NCBI GenBank assembly: GCA_965223345.1
Contig: CBDCWG010000012.1
Location: 256,001-320,000 of the forward strand
Direction: 5' to 3'
Length of the DNA stretch: 64,000 bases
Source of the DNA: Nitrospinales bacterium
GTDB taxonomy: Bacteria > Nitrospinota > Nitrospinia > Nitrospinales > VA-1
Below the pieces are notes generated by a model, which saw nothing but the letters and a program-made list of their open reading frames with translations, made no database searches and was not told the DNA's origin. The position numbers were made by a program, and so were the translations under genes. This document shows, piece after piece, positions 11,101 to 21,026 of the stretch; the stretch's first letter is position 1, and every line of letters starts with the position of its first letter.

Positions 11101-12198
11101 GACGGGCTGAAACCCTTCCTCACCGGTCAGGCCCCGCTGCGCGCGGATGCGCTGGCCAGGCGGCTGGACATCGCGCTCGCCACGCGCAACACGCTGCAAG
11201 CGGAAAAGGCGCTCGCCACCGATTCGGCGGCGGCGTTGTTGCAGAATTTCAAGGCGGACGGCACGCTGCACTCGCTCCTCAACCTCAAACTTTCCGCCGG
11301 CAAAAAGGTCGAGGTGGACGGGACCTTCGAGTTTGAAAAATTCAACACGCAGATCCCCGGCAGCGTGACGGTGAAAAACGTCACCGGGAAGTTCCCGTTC
11401 AACAAGGCGCTGCTGCTTGACAAGAAGTGGGTCCAGCCCCGGCGCAAATCGTTCTCCGCATCGAAAAAAGGCTTCTTCAGCCAGCTGCGCGATTTTTCCC
11501 GTTACAAAAACAACCTGATGATCGATTCGATCGATCTGAAAGGGCAGACGCTCTCCAACATCGGGCTCGACCTTTTGTTCAAGAACAATCAGCTGCGGGC
11601 GGAAAAATTCCTGTTCGACGTTCTGGAAGGATCGGTCGCGGGCAACCTGTTCGTGGTGCAGTCCCAGGAAGGTCCCGAGCTCAACTTCTCCACGGAATTC
11701 GCCGGGCTCAATTTCGGTGCGCTCATCGGGCGCAGCCGCGCGGAGGAGGCGTCGTTCTCCGAGATCGACGGCAACATGCAGTTCGGGCTCAAGGTGCAGC
11801 AGGGATCGGGGCCGCTCTCGCTCGATCAGATCTTATCCAAAGTGGCAATCACCCGCATCGGCGCGGACACGTTCGATAGGGCGCTGTTGTTCCTCGATCC
11901 GGATGAGAGCAAACCCGCCATCGTGGACACGCGGGCGAAACTGAAACTCGCCTCGCCGCACAAACTGCTGGTGACGCTGGAAAACGGCAACCTCAACGCG
12001 GAGGCCTGGCTCAAGAACAAGGTGCTGGGCGATATCATCAAAGCGCCGGAACTCAAACGCATCCCCATCAGCAGCCTCAAGCAATTCCGGGACATCAACG
12101 AGCAGTTGCAGGTCCTCTCCGGGCTGCAGGATGTGCTCAACCTGCTCGCCGCTCAGGGGGTGGAGTTCGATGAAGAAGGCAAGCCGACGTTTTTCTGA
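8116..12198 (+). CDS. Large AsmA-like protein (1360 aa)
   Basis: Single N-terminal TM helix, AsmA/Chorein-N-like start (ESVDLSLLSG...WNF), long beta-rich body. Confidence 0.75.
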   Translation: MKSNKVRKEILEEIAALEAETAANDPAPEEPPPAPAKKKSFLGRLVRFFLWTFLVLVLLLVAGGIALSYFFPSEKIRPIAEEELTKILRMPVSIESVDLSLLSGLNVQGLVLGEDKPLFTLDALILDYDLTQLLQGRLIINQVMVDRPDIYLESVDGVWNFQPILEGKDAAPEPEKPSEPGEITVLPVGVDLKQFLIRNVRLVVNQDGHTQARIEGLNVEAQGKVTEAEVDVNVRLHLGAAPGAGSQPNLVVTSTQEPGIDVKTLAQTDLRLTANDLNRLNLKGSFGLADSAVKVGEVLPAPDFNGNIELSVDHKAQTLSLPSLNLAIAERNRIRLSAHAEKILTGPDFSLTLKQFLLHLEDAIAWAGNKIPPVEATGTLKVTGLKAMGMLPDFKPDTLMVQGGTVELDGVAAKHAPAKAEVAGLDAQIRIGNALVKQGVPQSAAADVSIQMQRAQLPDYRIEGLKNTLTLEAKGANLPQASFTLDLSADAVTASPPDVGTVKTPLAVKGSGAGNIQAGNLDALTLAYSAGTAVNGTVSGQVQDFGKRSFSVQKNLDLDLKAVRALLPQTLLKKIGGTVSGGGIAIASDLKGKLDAEFQPVAVKGRADVNLKGVDAAWNEPQASAKGLWANVALPIEFDNKRGVKIPDLKLQSKFERVQALGNWTVGPAEINTDVAMQGHYHLEKPKGKLPLSNQSRIRIGKIESREPQLSVTGLSVDTTFKGDVYGKDVKNAAVKGTVGIEDVAGLKQIKTGKIGTAFSASVNDLSLTKTQATVRVTVDAPTGKTVEGQVPLGPLTFESDTRQNLKQGDVNIKKLVLNAPALVDLDVEGTVKNWGQKFDVRSKVQQAHLKALLEKVPQQFLKGFEDVRVEGTASLGLNAKGELPESFKLAPEGLPVTAKLALGLADAGVSWPSRGLTVENLVVVTDVDFHNGDGDVSGTLSADKVFYKDALGASHLNPRFDFKYALQDFNKFTIDEHTFSIPNHGIRHTFSGRVDGLKPFLTGQAPLRADALARRLDIALATRNTLQAEKALATDSAAALLQNFKADGTLHSLLNLKLSAGKKVEVDGTFEFEKFNTQIPGSVTVKNVTGKFPFNKALLLDKKWVQPRRKSFSASKKGFFSQLRDFSRYKNNLMIDSIDLKGQTLSNIGLDLLFKNNQLRAEKFLFDVLEGSVAGNLFVVQSQEGPELNFSTEFAGLNFGALIGRSRAEEASFSEIDGNMQFGLKVQQGSGPLSLDQILSKVAITRIGADTFDRALLFLDPDESKPAIVDTRAKLKLASPHKLLVTLENGNLNAEAWLKNKVLGDIIKAPELKRIPISSLKQFRDINEQLQVLSGLQDVLNLLAAQGVEFDEEGKPTFF

Positions 12199-12428
12199 AA
12201 GCCCGCGGCGGTTTGTTGCGGAAGCGCGCTCTCATTAAAGCAGGTCCGGGACACGCTGCGCCTTTCCTGTGCCGCAACCGGTGAGACGGCCCGAAAACAG
12301 GGCGTTGCCCCTTTGCGGGAGGGGAATTTCCCGCCCAACCGATTTGTTGACTTTGCCAGTGCAGTTTGTTAGCGTACCCCCATTGTCAAACGCACATTGA
12401 CTTCAACCGTTTTCACACGATATCCGAT

Positions 12429-13484
12429 ATGGCTTGGGACGATTTACACGAACCGAAAGGACCGGACGACCGTTTTCGCGGTGGCGGAGGAGGAGGCCAG
12501 GAACCCGGCAACCGGCCGCCGTTTGAAATCCCGCAGATCAAGGTCCCCAAATTCAAACCCTCGATGCTTCTCGGCATCGTCATCCTGGTGCTTGTGGTCT
12601 GGATCGTGCCGGGGCTTTTCTATTTTGTCGAGCCGGACGAAGAAGGGGTGGTGACCACCTTCGGCAAGTTTTCCCGCACCACCGGACCGGGCCTGCATTT
12701 CAAGTTCCCCTCGCCCATCGAGCACGCCACGACCCCCAAGGTGCGGCAGGTGCGCCGCGAGGAGATCGGTTTCCGCGCCCCGCCCAACGGCCCCAAACAG
12801 AAGGTTCCGCCGGAATCGCTGATGCTCACCGGCGACCAGAACATCATCGACATCAACCTCGTCGTGCAGTACAAGATCGCCGATTCGGTCGCCTACCTGT
12901 TCAACGTCAAGCGTCCGCGCAAGCTGGTGCGCGACTCCGCGGAAACCGTGATCCGCGGCATCATCGGCAGCCGCAAGATCGACGACGCGCTGACGATTGG
13001 CAAGGCGGACATTCAGATCAAAGCGCAGGAAATGATCCAGGCTCTGCTGGACAAGTACGAATCCGGAATTCAGATCGTCACGGTCCAGTTGCAGGACGTG
13101 GACCCGCCGGAACAGGTGGCTGCCTCATTCAAGGACGTTGTGAGCGCCCGTGAGGACAAGGAACGCATGATCAACGAAGCCCAGGGTTACCGCAACGCGG
13201 TGATTCCGGAGGCAAGAGGTAAGGCGGCGCAGATCGTGCGTGCGGCGGAAGCCTACCGCGAGCAGATCATCCGCGTGTCCGAGGGTGACGTGAACCGGTT
13301 CATCTCGCAGTTCGAAGAGTACAAAAAAGCGCCCGAAATCACCCGGAGACGGATCTACCTGGAGACGATGGAAGAGGTCTTGCCCACCATGCAGAAATTC
13401 CTGATGGGTCAGCAAGGCGGCCAGGGTGTGCTCCCCATTTTGCCTTTGTCAAAAAACCCCGTTCTTCCCGATTCTAGAAAGTAA
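12429..13484 (+). CDS. hflK: FtsH protease modulator HflK
   Basis: MAW start, TM helix, SPFH domain (MLTGDQNIID; VDPPEQV; EAQGYRN). Confidence 0.93.
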   Translation: MAWDDLHEPKGPDDRFRGGGGGGQEPGNRPPFEIPQIKVPKFKPSMLLGIVILVLVVWIVPGLFYFVEPDEEGVVTTFGKFSRTTGPGLHFKFPSPIEHATTPKVRQVRREEIGFRAPPNGPKQKVPPESLMLTGDQNIIDINLVVQYKIADSVAYLFNVKRPRKLVRDSAETVIRGIIGSRKIDDALTIGKADIQIKAQEMIQALLDKYESGIQIVTVQLQDVDPPEQVAASFKDVVSAREDKERMINEAQGYRNAVIPEARGKAAQIVRAAEAYREQIIRVSEGDVNRFISQFEEYKKAPEITRRRIYLETMEEVLPTMQKFLMGQQGGQGVLPILPLSKNPVLPDSRK

Positions 13485-13493
13485 TCTCATCCT

Positions 13494-14345
13494 ATGAAGC
13501 AGAATGTCGTCATCATCCTGGGCATTATCGTTATCGTTCTGGCCTCGTCCACGATGTTCATGGTCCACATGACGCAGAGCGCCATCGTTCTGCAGTTGCA
13601 AAAACCGATCAAGACCATCTCGACGCCGGGGCTCAATTTCAAGATCCCGTTCATGCAGCAGGTGCGCTATTTTTCCAACCAGCTTCTGGACCGCGACTCG
13701 CCGCCGGCGGAGGTCATCACCAAGGACAAGAAAAACCTGCTGATCGACAATTTCACCGTGTGGCGCATTGTCGATCCGTTGCGCTTTCTGGAAACGGTGC
13801 GCGACGAGCGCGGTGCGGAACTGCGGCTGGACGACATCCTGTATTCGGAGCTGCGGGTGGAAATCGGTACGCACGATCTGGTGGACATCGTCACCGAAAC
13901 CCGCGAGGACATCATGGCCAAGGTTTCCAAGGAAGCCAACCGCAAGGCGGCGGAATACGGCATCGAAGTGGTGGAGGTGAGGATCAAGCGCACCGACCTG
14001 CCGCCCGAGATCGCCAATTCCATCTACAACCGTATGCGCACCGAGCGCGAGCGGATCGCCAAGGAATACCGTTCGGAAGGAAAAGAGGAGGCGACGAAGA
14101 TCCGCGCGGAAACCGACAAGGAACGAACCATCCTGATCGCCGAGGCGTACAAAACCGAACAGGCGGTGCGCGGTGAAGGCGATGCGAAGTCGATCAAGAT
14201 CTACGCGGACGCGTTTGAAAAAGACCCCGGTTTTTATTCCTTCATTCGCTCCATGGAAGCCTACAAAAACTCCTTGAAAACCGACACGACGATTCTTCTT
14301 TCGGAAGATTCGGATTTTCTCAAGTTTCTGAACAAACCGAAATGA
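13494..14345 (+). CDS. hflC: FtsH protease modulator HflC
   Basis: SPFH domain, VRIKRTDLP, RMRTERERIA, FYSFIRSMEAY. Confidence 0.95.
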   Translation: MKQNVVIILGIIVIVLASSTMFMVHMTQSAIVLQLQKPIKTISTPGLNFKIPFMQQVRYFSNQLLDRDSPPAEVITKDKKNLLIDNFTVWRIVDPLRFLETVRDERGAELRLDDILYSELRVEIGTHDLVDIVTETREDIMAKVSKEANRKAAEYGIEVVEVRIKRTDLPPEIANSIYNRMRTERERIAKEYRSEGKEEATKIRAETDKERTILIAEAYKTEQAVRGEGDAKSIKIYADAFEKDPGFYSFIRSMEAYKNSLKTDTTILLSEDSDFLKFLNKPK

Positions 14346-14414
14346 TCTCCCGTCCCCGGGATCCTTCCCGGAAAGCCGCTGTCCCGGGGGCAGCCAATCG
14401 GATTTGACCGCATC

Positions 14415-15779
14415 ATGAAAATTCTCATCGTCGGCGCGGGCGTCGTGGGCTTCAACCTGGCCCAGGAGCTTTCCAAGGAAGGCCACGACATCGCCATCAT
14501 CGACCAGCACACAGAAAAAATCCGCAGGATCGCCGACACCCTCGACGTTCTCTCGATCCGTGGCAACGCCTGCCTGCCCAGCGTGCTGTTGCAGGCCGGC
14601 ATCGAATCGATGGAAATGGTGATCTCCGTCACCGACAAGGACGAGATCAACCTGCTCGTCTGCTTCCTCGCCTCCAAATTCAATGTGCAAAAACGTTTCG
14701 CCCGCCTGCGTTACGAGGAATTCTCCAATCCGGACTCGATCATCAAAACCGAAGATCTGTGCGTGGACCAGGCCATCAATCCGGGGCGGATCATCGTGGA
14801 CACCATCACGAAAATCATCAGCACGCCGGGCGTGGTCAATGTGGCGGAGTTTGCCGAAGGAGCCGTGCTGCTGCGCGAGTTCGACGTGCCGGAAAACGCG
14901 CCGCTCGCCGGCAAGAAGATCCAGGAACTCGGCGAGGTTTCCGCCCTGGATTCGTTTCTCATCGTCGCCATCGTGCGGCAGGGAAAACTGGTCATTCCCC
15001 GTGCCGAGGACGTCATTCAGGCGGGCGACAAGATCTACACCATCGTCGACAAGGCCTTCCTGCCGTTCCTGCTTCCCATGCTCAACAAAACCCTGGAGGA
15101 AGTGCAAACGGTGGTGATTTACGGCGCCAACCGGGTTTCCATCAATCTGGCGAAGGTGCTGGGCGATACGATTCCCAACCTGTACATCATTGAGCCGTCG
15201 CGGGAAAAAGCCAACCAGGCGGCCGAACTGCTTTCCCGCTGCGTGGTGCACCACGGCAGCGGCACGGACATGAACCTGTTCAACGATGTCAACATGCGCG
15301 ATGCGGATTTTTTTCTCTCGCTCTCGCAGGACGACGAGTCGAACATCCTGTCCGCGCTGCTGGCCAAGAAAAACGGCGCGAAGCGGGCGCTGGTGATCAC
15401 GCACGATCCGGAGTACCTGCCGATCCTCGATTCCATCGGCATGGACGTGACCATCAACCCGCGGCTGATCACCGTCAGCGCCATTTTGAAACATCTGCGC
15501 AAAGGCCGGGTGATGTCGGTGTTCAAACTGATCGAGGATGCGGAGGTCATCGAGATCGGCATCGATTCGAAATCCGCGGTGATCGGCAAACCGATCTCCA
15601 AGGTGAAGTTTCCCCAGGATGCGATGATCGGCGCGATCCTGCGCAAAGGCGACATGATCGTGCCCAACGGAGACATCCAGTTCGAACAGGGGGATTCGGT
15701 CGTGGTGGTCGCGCTGCCGCAGGCCATCGATAAAATCGAAAAAATCTTCGGCGCCAAAAGAAACTTCCTGCCCTTCTGA
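14415..15779 (+). CDS. trkA: Trk K+ uptake NAD-binding subunit
   Basis: GAGVVG; tandem RCK-N/RCK-C pairs; 454 aa. Confidence 0.95.
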   Translation: MKILIVGAGVVGFNLAQELSKEGHDIAIIDQHTEKIRRIADTLDVLSIRGNACLPSVLLQAGIESMEMVISVTDKDEINLLVCFLASKFNVQKRFARLRYEEFSNPDSIIKTEDLCVDQAINPGRIIVDTITKIISTPGVVNVAEFAEGAVLLREFDVPENAPLAGKKIQELGEVSALDSFLIVAIVRQGKLVIPRAEDVIQAGDKIYTIVDKAFLPFLLPMLNKTLEEVQTVVIYGANRVSINLAKVLGDTIPNLYIIEPSREKANQAAELLSRCVVHHGSGTDMNLFNDVNMRDADFFLSLSQDDESNILSALLAKKNGAKRALVITHDPEYLPILDSIGMDVTINPRLITVSAILKHLRKGRVMSVFKLIEDAEVIEIGIDSKSAVIGKPISKVKFPQDAMIGAILRKGDMIVPNGDIQFEQGDSVVVVALPQAIDKIEKIFGAKRNFLPF

Positions 15780-17251
15780 TGAACTTACAGGCAATCTTCA
15801 ACGTTGTCGGTGTCCTGCTGCTGTTGCTTTCCGGTCTCCTGCTCGTTCCGATCGGCGTTTCCTTTTATTACGACTCCCCCGCCCTGCCCGGCCATGTCAC
15901 CAGCCTGCAGGCGTTTTCCATCACGCTCGCCGCCGCGTTTTTCACGGGGCTCGCCCTGTGGAAGCTGCTGCCCTCGGGCGTGGAAAAACTGCGGGAGCGC
16001 GAGGGGTTCGCGATCGTGGCGTTCTCCTGGCTGTGCGTCGCCCTGTTCGGCGCGCTGCCGTTCCTTTTGACCGGTGTCTGCCCGAAATTCATCGATGCTT
16101 TTTTTGAAAGCATGAGCGGCTTCACGACCACCGGCGCTTCGGTTTTGACCGACATCGAGGCGGCCCCCAGAGAAATCCTGTTCTGGAGAAACCTGACGCA
16201 GTGGGTCGGCGGCATGGGCATCATCATTCTGTCTCTGGCGATTTTTCCGGTTCTGGGAATCGGCAGCTTCCACCTGTTCAAGGCGGAGATCCCCGGCGGC
16301 TCGACGGTCGAGCGCATGCAGCCGCGACTGGCGGAAACCGCCAAGGTGCTCTGGAAGACCTACCTGGTTCTCACCGTGGTCGAAATCGCGATGCTCAAGG
16401 CCGGGGGACTGGGCTGGTTCGATGCGGTCTGCCACACATTCTCGACGGTGGCGACAGGCGGGTTTTCTCCCTACAACAGCAGCGTCGGGCATTTCAACAG
16501 CGGATACGTGGAGGGGATCATCATTCTTTTCATGTTTCTCGGCGGCGTCAACTTCGCCCTGCACTACCAGCTGGTGGTGCGCAATTTCAAGGCGGTGTTC
16601 CACAATCCGGAGTTTCGCATCTACTGCCTGATGCTCACCGGCGGCATCCTGTTTGCGGCGCTCGCTTTGCTTAAAACCGGGGCGAAAACCGATCCGTCGG
16701 ATGCGTTCCGCAGCGCGGCGTTCACCATCGTTTCGATCAACTCCACCACGGGGTTCGTCACCGACGATTTCAACCAGTGGCCGGATTTTCTCCGGGTGAT
16801 GGTGCTGATGATCATGATGGTGGGGGCCTGCACGGGTTCGACCAGCGGTTCGCTGAAGATCATCCGTTTCATCCTGCTGTTCAAGTTGGTGCTGCGCGAA
16901 TTTAGAAGGCTGGTGCACCCGCGCGCCATCTTTCATATCAAGGTGAGCGGCAAGACGATTGCGCCGGAGCATCTGACCAACGTGGTGGCGCTGACGTTGA
17001 TGTTTCTCGGACTCTCAACCTTCAGTTGTTTTCTGCTGGCGCTGATGGGCGTGGACCTCACGACGGCGTACTCGGCCTCGGTGGCGACGCTGTTCAACAT
17101 CGGCCCCGGCCTGGGTGACGTGGGCGCCACCGGCAACTACGCCGACATCCCCTTCCTCGGCAAAGCCATCGCCATCTCCTGGATGCTGATGGGGCGGCTC
17201 GAGATCTACGGGGTGATGCTGATCTTCCTGCCCATGACCTGGCGCAAATGA
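15779..17251 (+). CDS. trkH: Trk K+ uptake membrane subunit
   Basis: FESMSGFTTTG, TVATGGFS, STTGF and NIGPG pore loops; start overlaps the trkA stop. Confidence 0.95.
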   Translation: MNLQAIFNVVGVLLLLLSGLLLVPIGVSFYYDSPALPGHVTSLQAFSITLAAAFFTGLALWKLLPSGVEKLREREGFAIVAFSWLCVALFGALPFLLTGVCPKFIDAFFESMSGFTTTGASVLTDIEAAPREILFWRNLTQWVGGMGIIILSLAIFPVLGIGSFHLFKAEIPGGSTVERMQPRLAETAKVLWKTYLVLTVVEIAMLKAGGLGWFDAVCHTFSTVATGGFSPYNSSVGHFNSGYVEGIIILFMFLGGVNFALHYQLVVRNFKAVFHNPEFRIYCLMLTGGILFAALALLKTGAKTDPSDAFRSAAFTIVSINSTTGFVTDDFNQWPDFLRVMVLMIMMVGACTGSTSGSLKIIRFILLFKLVLREFRRLVHPRAIFHIKVSGKTIAPEHLTNVVALTLMFLGLSTFSCFLLALMGVDLTTAYSASVATLFNIGPGLGDVGATGNYADIPFLGKAIAISWMLMGRLEIYGVMLIFLPMTWRK

Positions 17252-17685
17252 TCCCGTCGATCTCCCCCTGAATCCGCCTGCCCGGACCTGTTCTCCGCTC
17301 GGATGCGACCCGCCGGACGGGAAAGCCGTGGCCCCGGTTCTCCCCGATGCGGACGCCGGGGAAATAACGATTGATTTTGCACACTCAATATTTTACTATT
17401 CCATGATTCCCGGCAAAGCGGTCCATTTTTCAACAGTTTTATTGTGAGCGTGGCGCCTTTTTGCCGGACGATGCGCAAACCGGTATTCTTAACACCAAGA
17501 AAGTTTCGGTCTGAATCCCATACTGCGACCCGCTTCACTCCCCAGTTTGATTGCACAGGGGCAGCGGTTTTTTTTTGGGGTTTTGCGGCGGGTTTGCGGG
17601 CAGTGAAGAGTCTTCGGCCTGGAGCGGACAGAAACGGCCGGAGGCTGAAATGTGAATTCAGCCGTAAAAAAAAGGATAACGGACT

Positions 17686-19491
17686 ATGGGAGACGCACCT
17701 CGCCCCATTAAAATCACCGATGTCATATTGAGGGATGCCCATCAATCTCTGCTCGCCACGCGGATGCGAACGGAAGACATGCTCCCCATCGCCGGAAAAC
17801 TCGACCAGGTCGGATTCTTCTCGCTGGAGATGTGGGGCGGAGCCACCTTCGATTCCTGCATCCGGTTTCTCAACGAAGACCCGTGGGACCGGATCCGCAA
17901 GCTCAAGCAGAAGATTCCCAACACGCCCTTTCAAATGCTGCTGCGGGGGCAGAACTGCGTGGGCTACCGGCATTACGCGGACGACATCGTCGAGCGTTTC
18001 GTCAAGCATTCCGCCGACGAAGGCATCAACATCTTTCGCATCTTCGATGCGCTCAACGATTTCAGGAATATCGAGACGGCGGTCAACACCGTGAAAAAAT
18101 GCGGCGAAACCGTCGAAGGCACGATCAGCTACACGGTGAGCCCGGTGCACAGCATCGATCTTTACCTCAAGATGGCTAAAGACCTTGAGAACATGGGATC
18201 GGACATCATCTGCATCAAGGACATGGCGGGCCTGCTCACGCCCTCGGTCACGCGCGAGCTGATCAGCGAGATCAAGAAAAACATCAAACTGCCGATTCAC
18301 CTGCACACGCATTCCACCACGGGGCTTGCGGGCATGAACATCCAGTGCGCCATCGACGCCGGCGTGGACATGGTGGACACCGCCATCTCCAGCATGGCGA
18401 TGGGAACCTCGCATTACCCGACGGAGAGCCTGGTGGCCGCGCTCAAGGGCACGCCGCACGACACGGGGCTGGACATGAACCTGCTGGAGGAGATCGCCGA
18501 CTATTTCTCCGAGGTGCGCAAAAACTACGCGCAGTTCGAGAGCGACTTCAAAGGCGTGGACGTCAACATCCTCGACTCGCAGATTCCCGGCGGCATGATC
18601 TCCAACATGGAAAACCAGTTGAAGGAACAGAACGCCATCGACAAGCTGGACGAGGTGTTGAAGGAGGTCCCGCGGGTGCGCAAGGACATGGGCTACCCGC
18701 CTCTGGTCACGCCCACCAGCCAGATCGTCGGTTCGCAGGCCACGCTGAACGTGTTGACGGGTGAGCGCTACAAGATCATCACCAAGGAAACGCGGGAGTG
18801 CGTGCTTGGCAAATACGGCCGGCTGCCCGGTCCGCTCGATGAAGCGCTGCTGGCGAAGGTCTCGGAAAACGAAAAGATCATCGACTGCCGGCCCGCGGAT
18901 CTTCTGGAGCCCGAATGGGAGGGCGTGGTGAAGGAACTCGGCGACAAATACACCTCCGAGGAAGACCGCCTCTCTTACGCGTTGTTTCCCAAGGTGGCGC
19001 TGAAATTTTTTGAGACGCGGGGCAAACCGCTGCCGGAATCCCCCGCACCCCAGGCTGCCGCCAAGACAGCGGCACAACCGGCTGCGGCAGCCGCACCGGC
19101 CCAGGCTTCCGCACTCACGGGAGCCACGGCTTTCAACGTGAAGGTGAACGGCCGGGATTATTTCGTCGAAGTCAGCCACGGCGGCGCAGCGGCTCCTGCT
19201 GCTGCACCCGCAGCCGCCCAACCGGCAACCCCGGCTCCCGCTGCCGCACCGGCCCCCGCGCCGGCTCAAAGTGGACAGGGTCAGGCGGTGGTCGCGCCGC
19301 TTCCCGGATCGGTGTTCGCCATCAAATGCAGCGTCGGCGATGCGGTCACCGAAAACGACACGCTGGTCGTGCTCGAATCCATGAAAATGGAATCGGAGGT
19401 CAAATCCACCGCAACGGGAACCGTGCAGTCAATCGCGGTCAAGGAAGGCGACAAAATTCAAACCGGTGACACTCTGGTGATCGTAGGCTGA
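17686..19491 (+). CDS. oadA: Oxaloacetate decarboxylase alpha subunit (carboxyltransferase plus biotinyl domain)
   Basis: [34 protein letters not shown]; Ala/Pro linker; ESMKM biotin site. Confidence 0.92.
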   Translation: MGDAPRPIKITDVILRDAHQSLLATRMRTEDMLPIAGKLDQVGFFSLEMWGGATFDSCIRFLNEDPWDRIRKLKQKIPNTPFQMLLRGQNCVGYRHYADDIVERFVKHSADEGINIFRIFDALNDFRNIETAVNTVKKCGETVEGTISYTVSPVHSIDLYLKMAKDLENMGSDIICIKDMAGLLTPSVTRELISEIKKNIKLPIHLHTHSTTGLAGMNIQCAIDAGVDMVDTAISSMAMGTSHYPTESLVAALKGTPHDTGLDMNLLEEIADYFSEVRKNYAQFESDFKGVDVNILDSQIPGGMISNMENQLKEQNAIDKLDEVLKEVPRVRKDMGYPPLVTPTSQIVGSQATLNVLTGERYKIITKETRECVLGKYGRLPGPLDEALLAKVSENEKIIDCRPADLLEPEWEGVVKELGDKYTSEEDRLSYALFPKVALKFFETRGKPLPESPAPQAAAKTAAQPAAAAAPAQASALTGATAFNVKVNGRDYFVEVSHGGAAAPAAAPAAAQPATPAPAAAPAPAPAQSGQGQAVVAPLPGSVFAIKCSVGDAVTENDTLVVLESMKMESEVKSTATGTVQSIAVKEGDKIQTGDTLVIVG

Positions 19492-20681
19492 TGGATCTCA
19501 ACTTCACGGACGCCGCAGCAAAGGTTCTTGGCAGCACCGGATTCACCGCCCTGACCACGGGACACGCGGTCATGCTGGTTGTCGCCTGTGTCCTGATCTA
19601 CCTCGCGATCTGGAAAAAATTTGAGCCGCTTCTGCTTTTGCCCATCGGCTTCGGCTGCCTGATGGCCAACCTGCCGATGAGCCTGATGACCTCGACCGAC
19701 GAAGGCGGCCTGCTGAACTTTTTCTACATGGGGGTGAAGCATGAGATCCTGCCGCCGCTGATTTTTCTCGGTGTCGGCGCGCTCACGGATTTCGGGCCGC
19801 TGCTGGCGAACCCTTCGACGCTGCTGCTAGGGGCGGCGGCGCAGATCGGTGTGTACACCACCCTGATCGGCGCGGTGGCCCTGGGCTTCACGCTGGAAGA
19901 GGCGGGCGCCATCGGCATCATCGGCGGCGCCGACGGACCCACTTCCATCTTCATCGCCAGCAAACTGGCGCCGCATCTATTGGCCCCCATTGCGGTGGCG
20001 GCGTATTCCTACATGTCGCTGGTGCCCCTGATTCAACCGCCCATCATGCGCTTTCTCACCACCGAGAAAGAACGCACCATCAAAATGGAACAGCTCAAGC
20101 CGATCTCGCAGACGGTGAAGATCCTGTTTCCGGTGGTGGTGACGCTGATCTGCTGCCTCATGCTCCCCGGAGTGACGCCACTTCTGGGGATGCTGATGCT
20201 GGGCAATCTGTTCCGCGAGTGCGGCGTGACGGCGCGGCTGCATGAAACTTCGGAAACGCATCTCATCAACATCGTCACGATCCTGCTGGCTCTCGCGGTC
20301 GGTTCGTCGATGACGGCGGAATCCTTTCTGAAAGTGGAAACCCTTAAGATCATCGTGCTGGGGCTTTTGGCCTTCTGCATGGCCACCGCGGGTGGGGTGA
20401 TCTTCGGAAAGATCATGAGCAAGGTCTCCGGTGGCAAGGTCAATCCGCTGATCGGTTCGGCGGGTGTTTCGGCGGTGCCGATGGCGGCGCGGGTGTCGCA
20501 GAAAGTCGGCGCCGAAGAAGACCACACGAATTTCCTGCTGATGCACGCGATGGGCCCCAATGTGGCGGGCGTCATCGGCAGCGCGGTGGCGGCGGGCGTG
20601 TTCATCTCCCTGTTCGGTTCTCCGGGACCGGAAACCCACGCGGCGGTCGAAGCGGTCGCGCAAGAGTTGACCCTGCCCTGA
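19491..20681 (+). CDS. oadB: Na+-translocating decarboxylase beta subunit
   Basis: [45 protein letters not shown]. Confidence 0.95.
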   Translation: MDLNFTDAAAKVLGSTGFTALTTGHAVMLVVACVLIYLAIWKKFEPLLLLPIGFGCLMANLPMSLMTSTDEGGLLNFFYMGVKHEILPPLIFLGVGALTDFGPLLANPSTLLLGAAAQIGVYTTLIGAVALGFTLEEAGAIGIIGGADGPTSIFIASKLAPHLLAPIAVAAYSYMSLVPLIQPPIMRFLTTEKERTIKMEQLKPISQTVKILFPVVVTLICCLMLPGVTPLLGMLMLGNLFRECGVTARLHETSETHLINIVTILLALAVGSSMTAESFLKVETLKIIVLGLLAFCMATAGGVIFGKIMSKVSGGKVNPLIGSAGVSAVPMAARVSQKVGAEEDHTNFLLMHAMGPNVAGVIGSAVAAGVFISLFGSPGPETHAAVEAVAQELTLP

Positions 20682-20688
20682 GGAACCC

Positions 20689-20955
20689 ATGAACTCCGCA
20701 CTGCTCACCTCGGTTTCGATTTCCCTGCTGGCGATGGGCGTGATCTTCATCGTCCTGATCCTGCTCATCTTCACGATCCAGATCCTGGTCACCCTGATTC
20801 CCTACCAGGAACCGCCGGCCGCACCGGTGAAAAAGACCGCGCCGCCGCCGGCCGCCGAAGAAGACGAGCACGTGGCGGTGATCGCGTCTGCGCTGGCCGC
20901 GCACATGGGCAAATCCCTGGATCAGTTCCGCATCGTCAACATCTCCTCGCGCTGA
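20689..20955 (+). CDS. oadG: Decarboxylase gamma subunit (OadG family)
   Basis: TM helix, Pro/Ala linker, VAVIASALAAH. Confidence 0.85.
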   Translation: MNSALLTSVSISLLAMGVIFIVLILLIFTIQILVTLIPYQEPPAAPVKKTAPPPAAEEDEHVAVIASALAAHMGKSLDQFRIVNISSR

Positions 20956-21026
20956 ACCCGCTGCGTCATTGGGCGCAACACGCCGCCCTCATCACACCGA
21001 AAAAATCATTGTAACTTTACAGACGA

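Noticed and set aside
19030..19270. GC-rich low-complexity repeats in oadA
   Set aside because: Ordinary Ala/Pro linkers of biotin-carrier proteins
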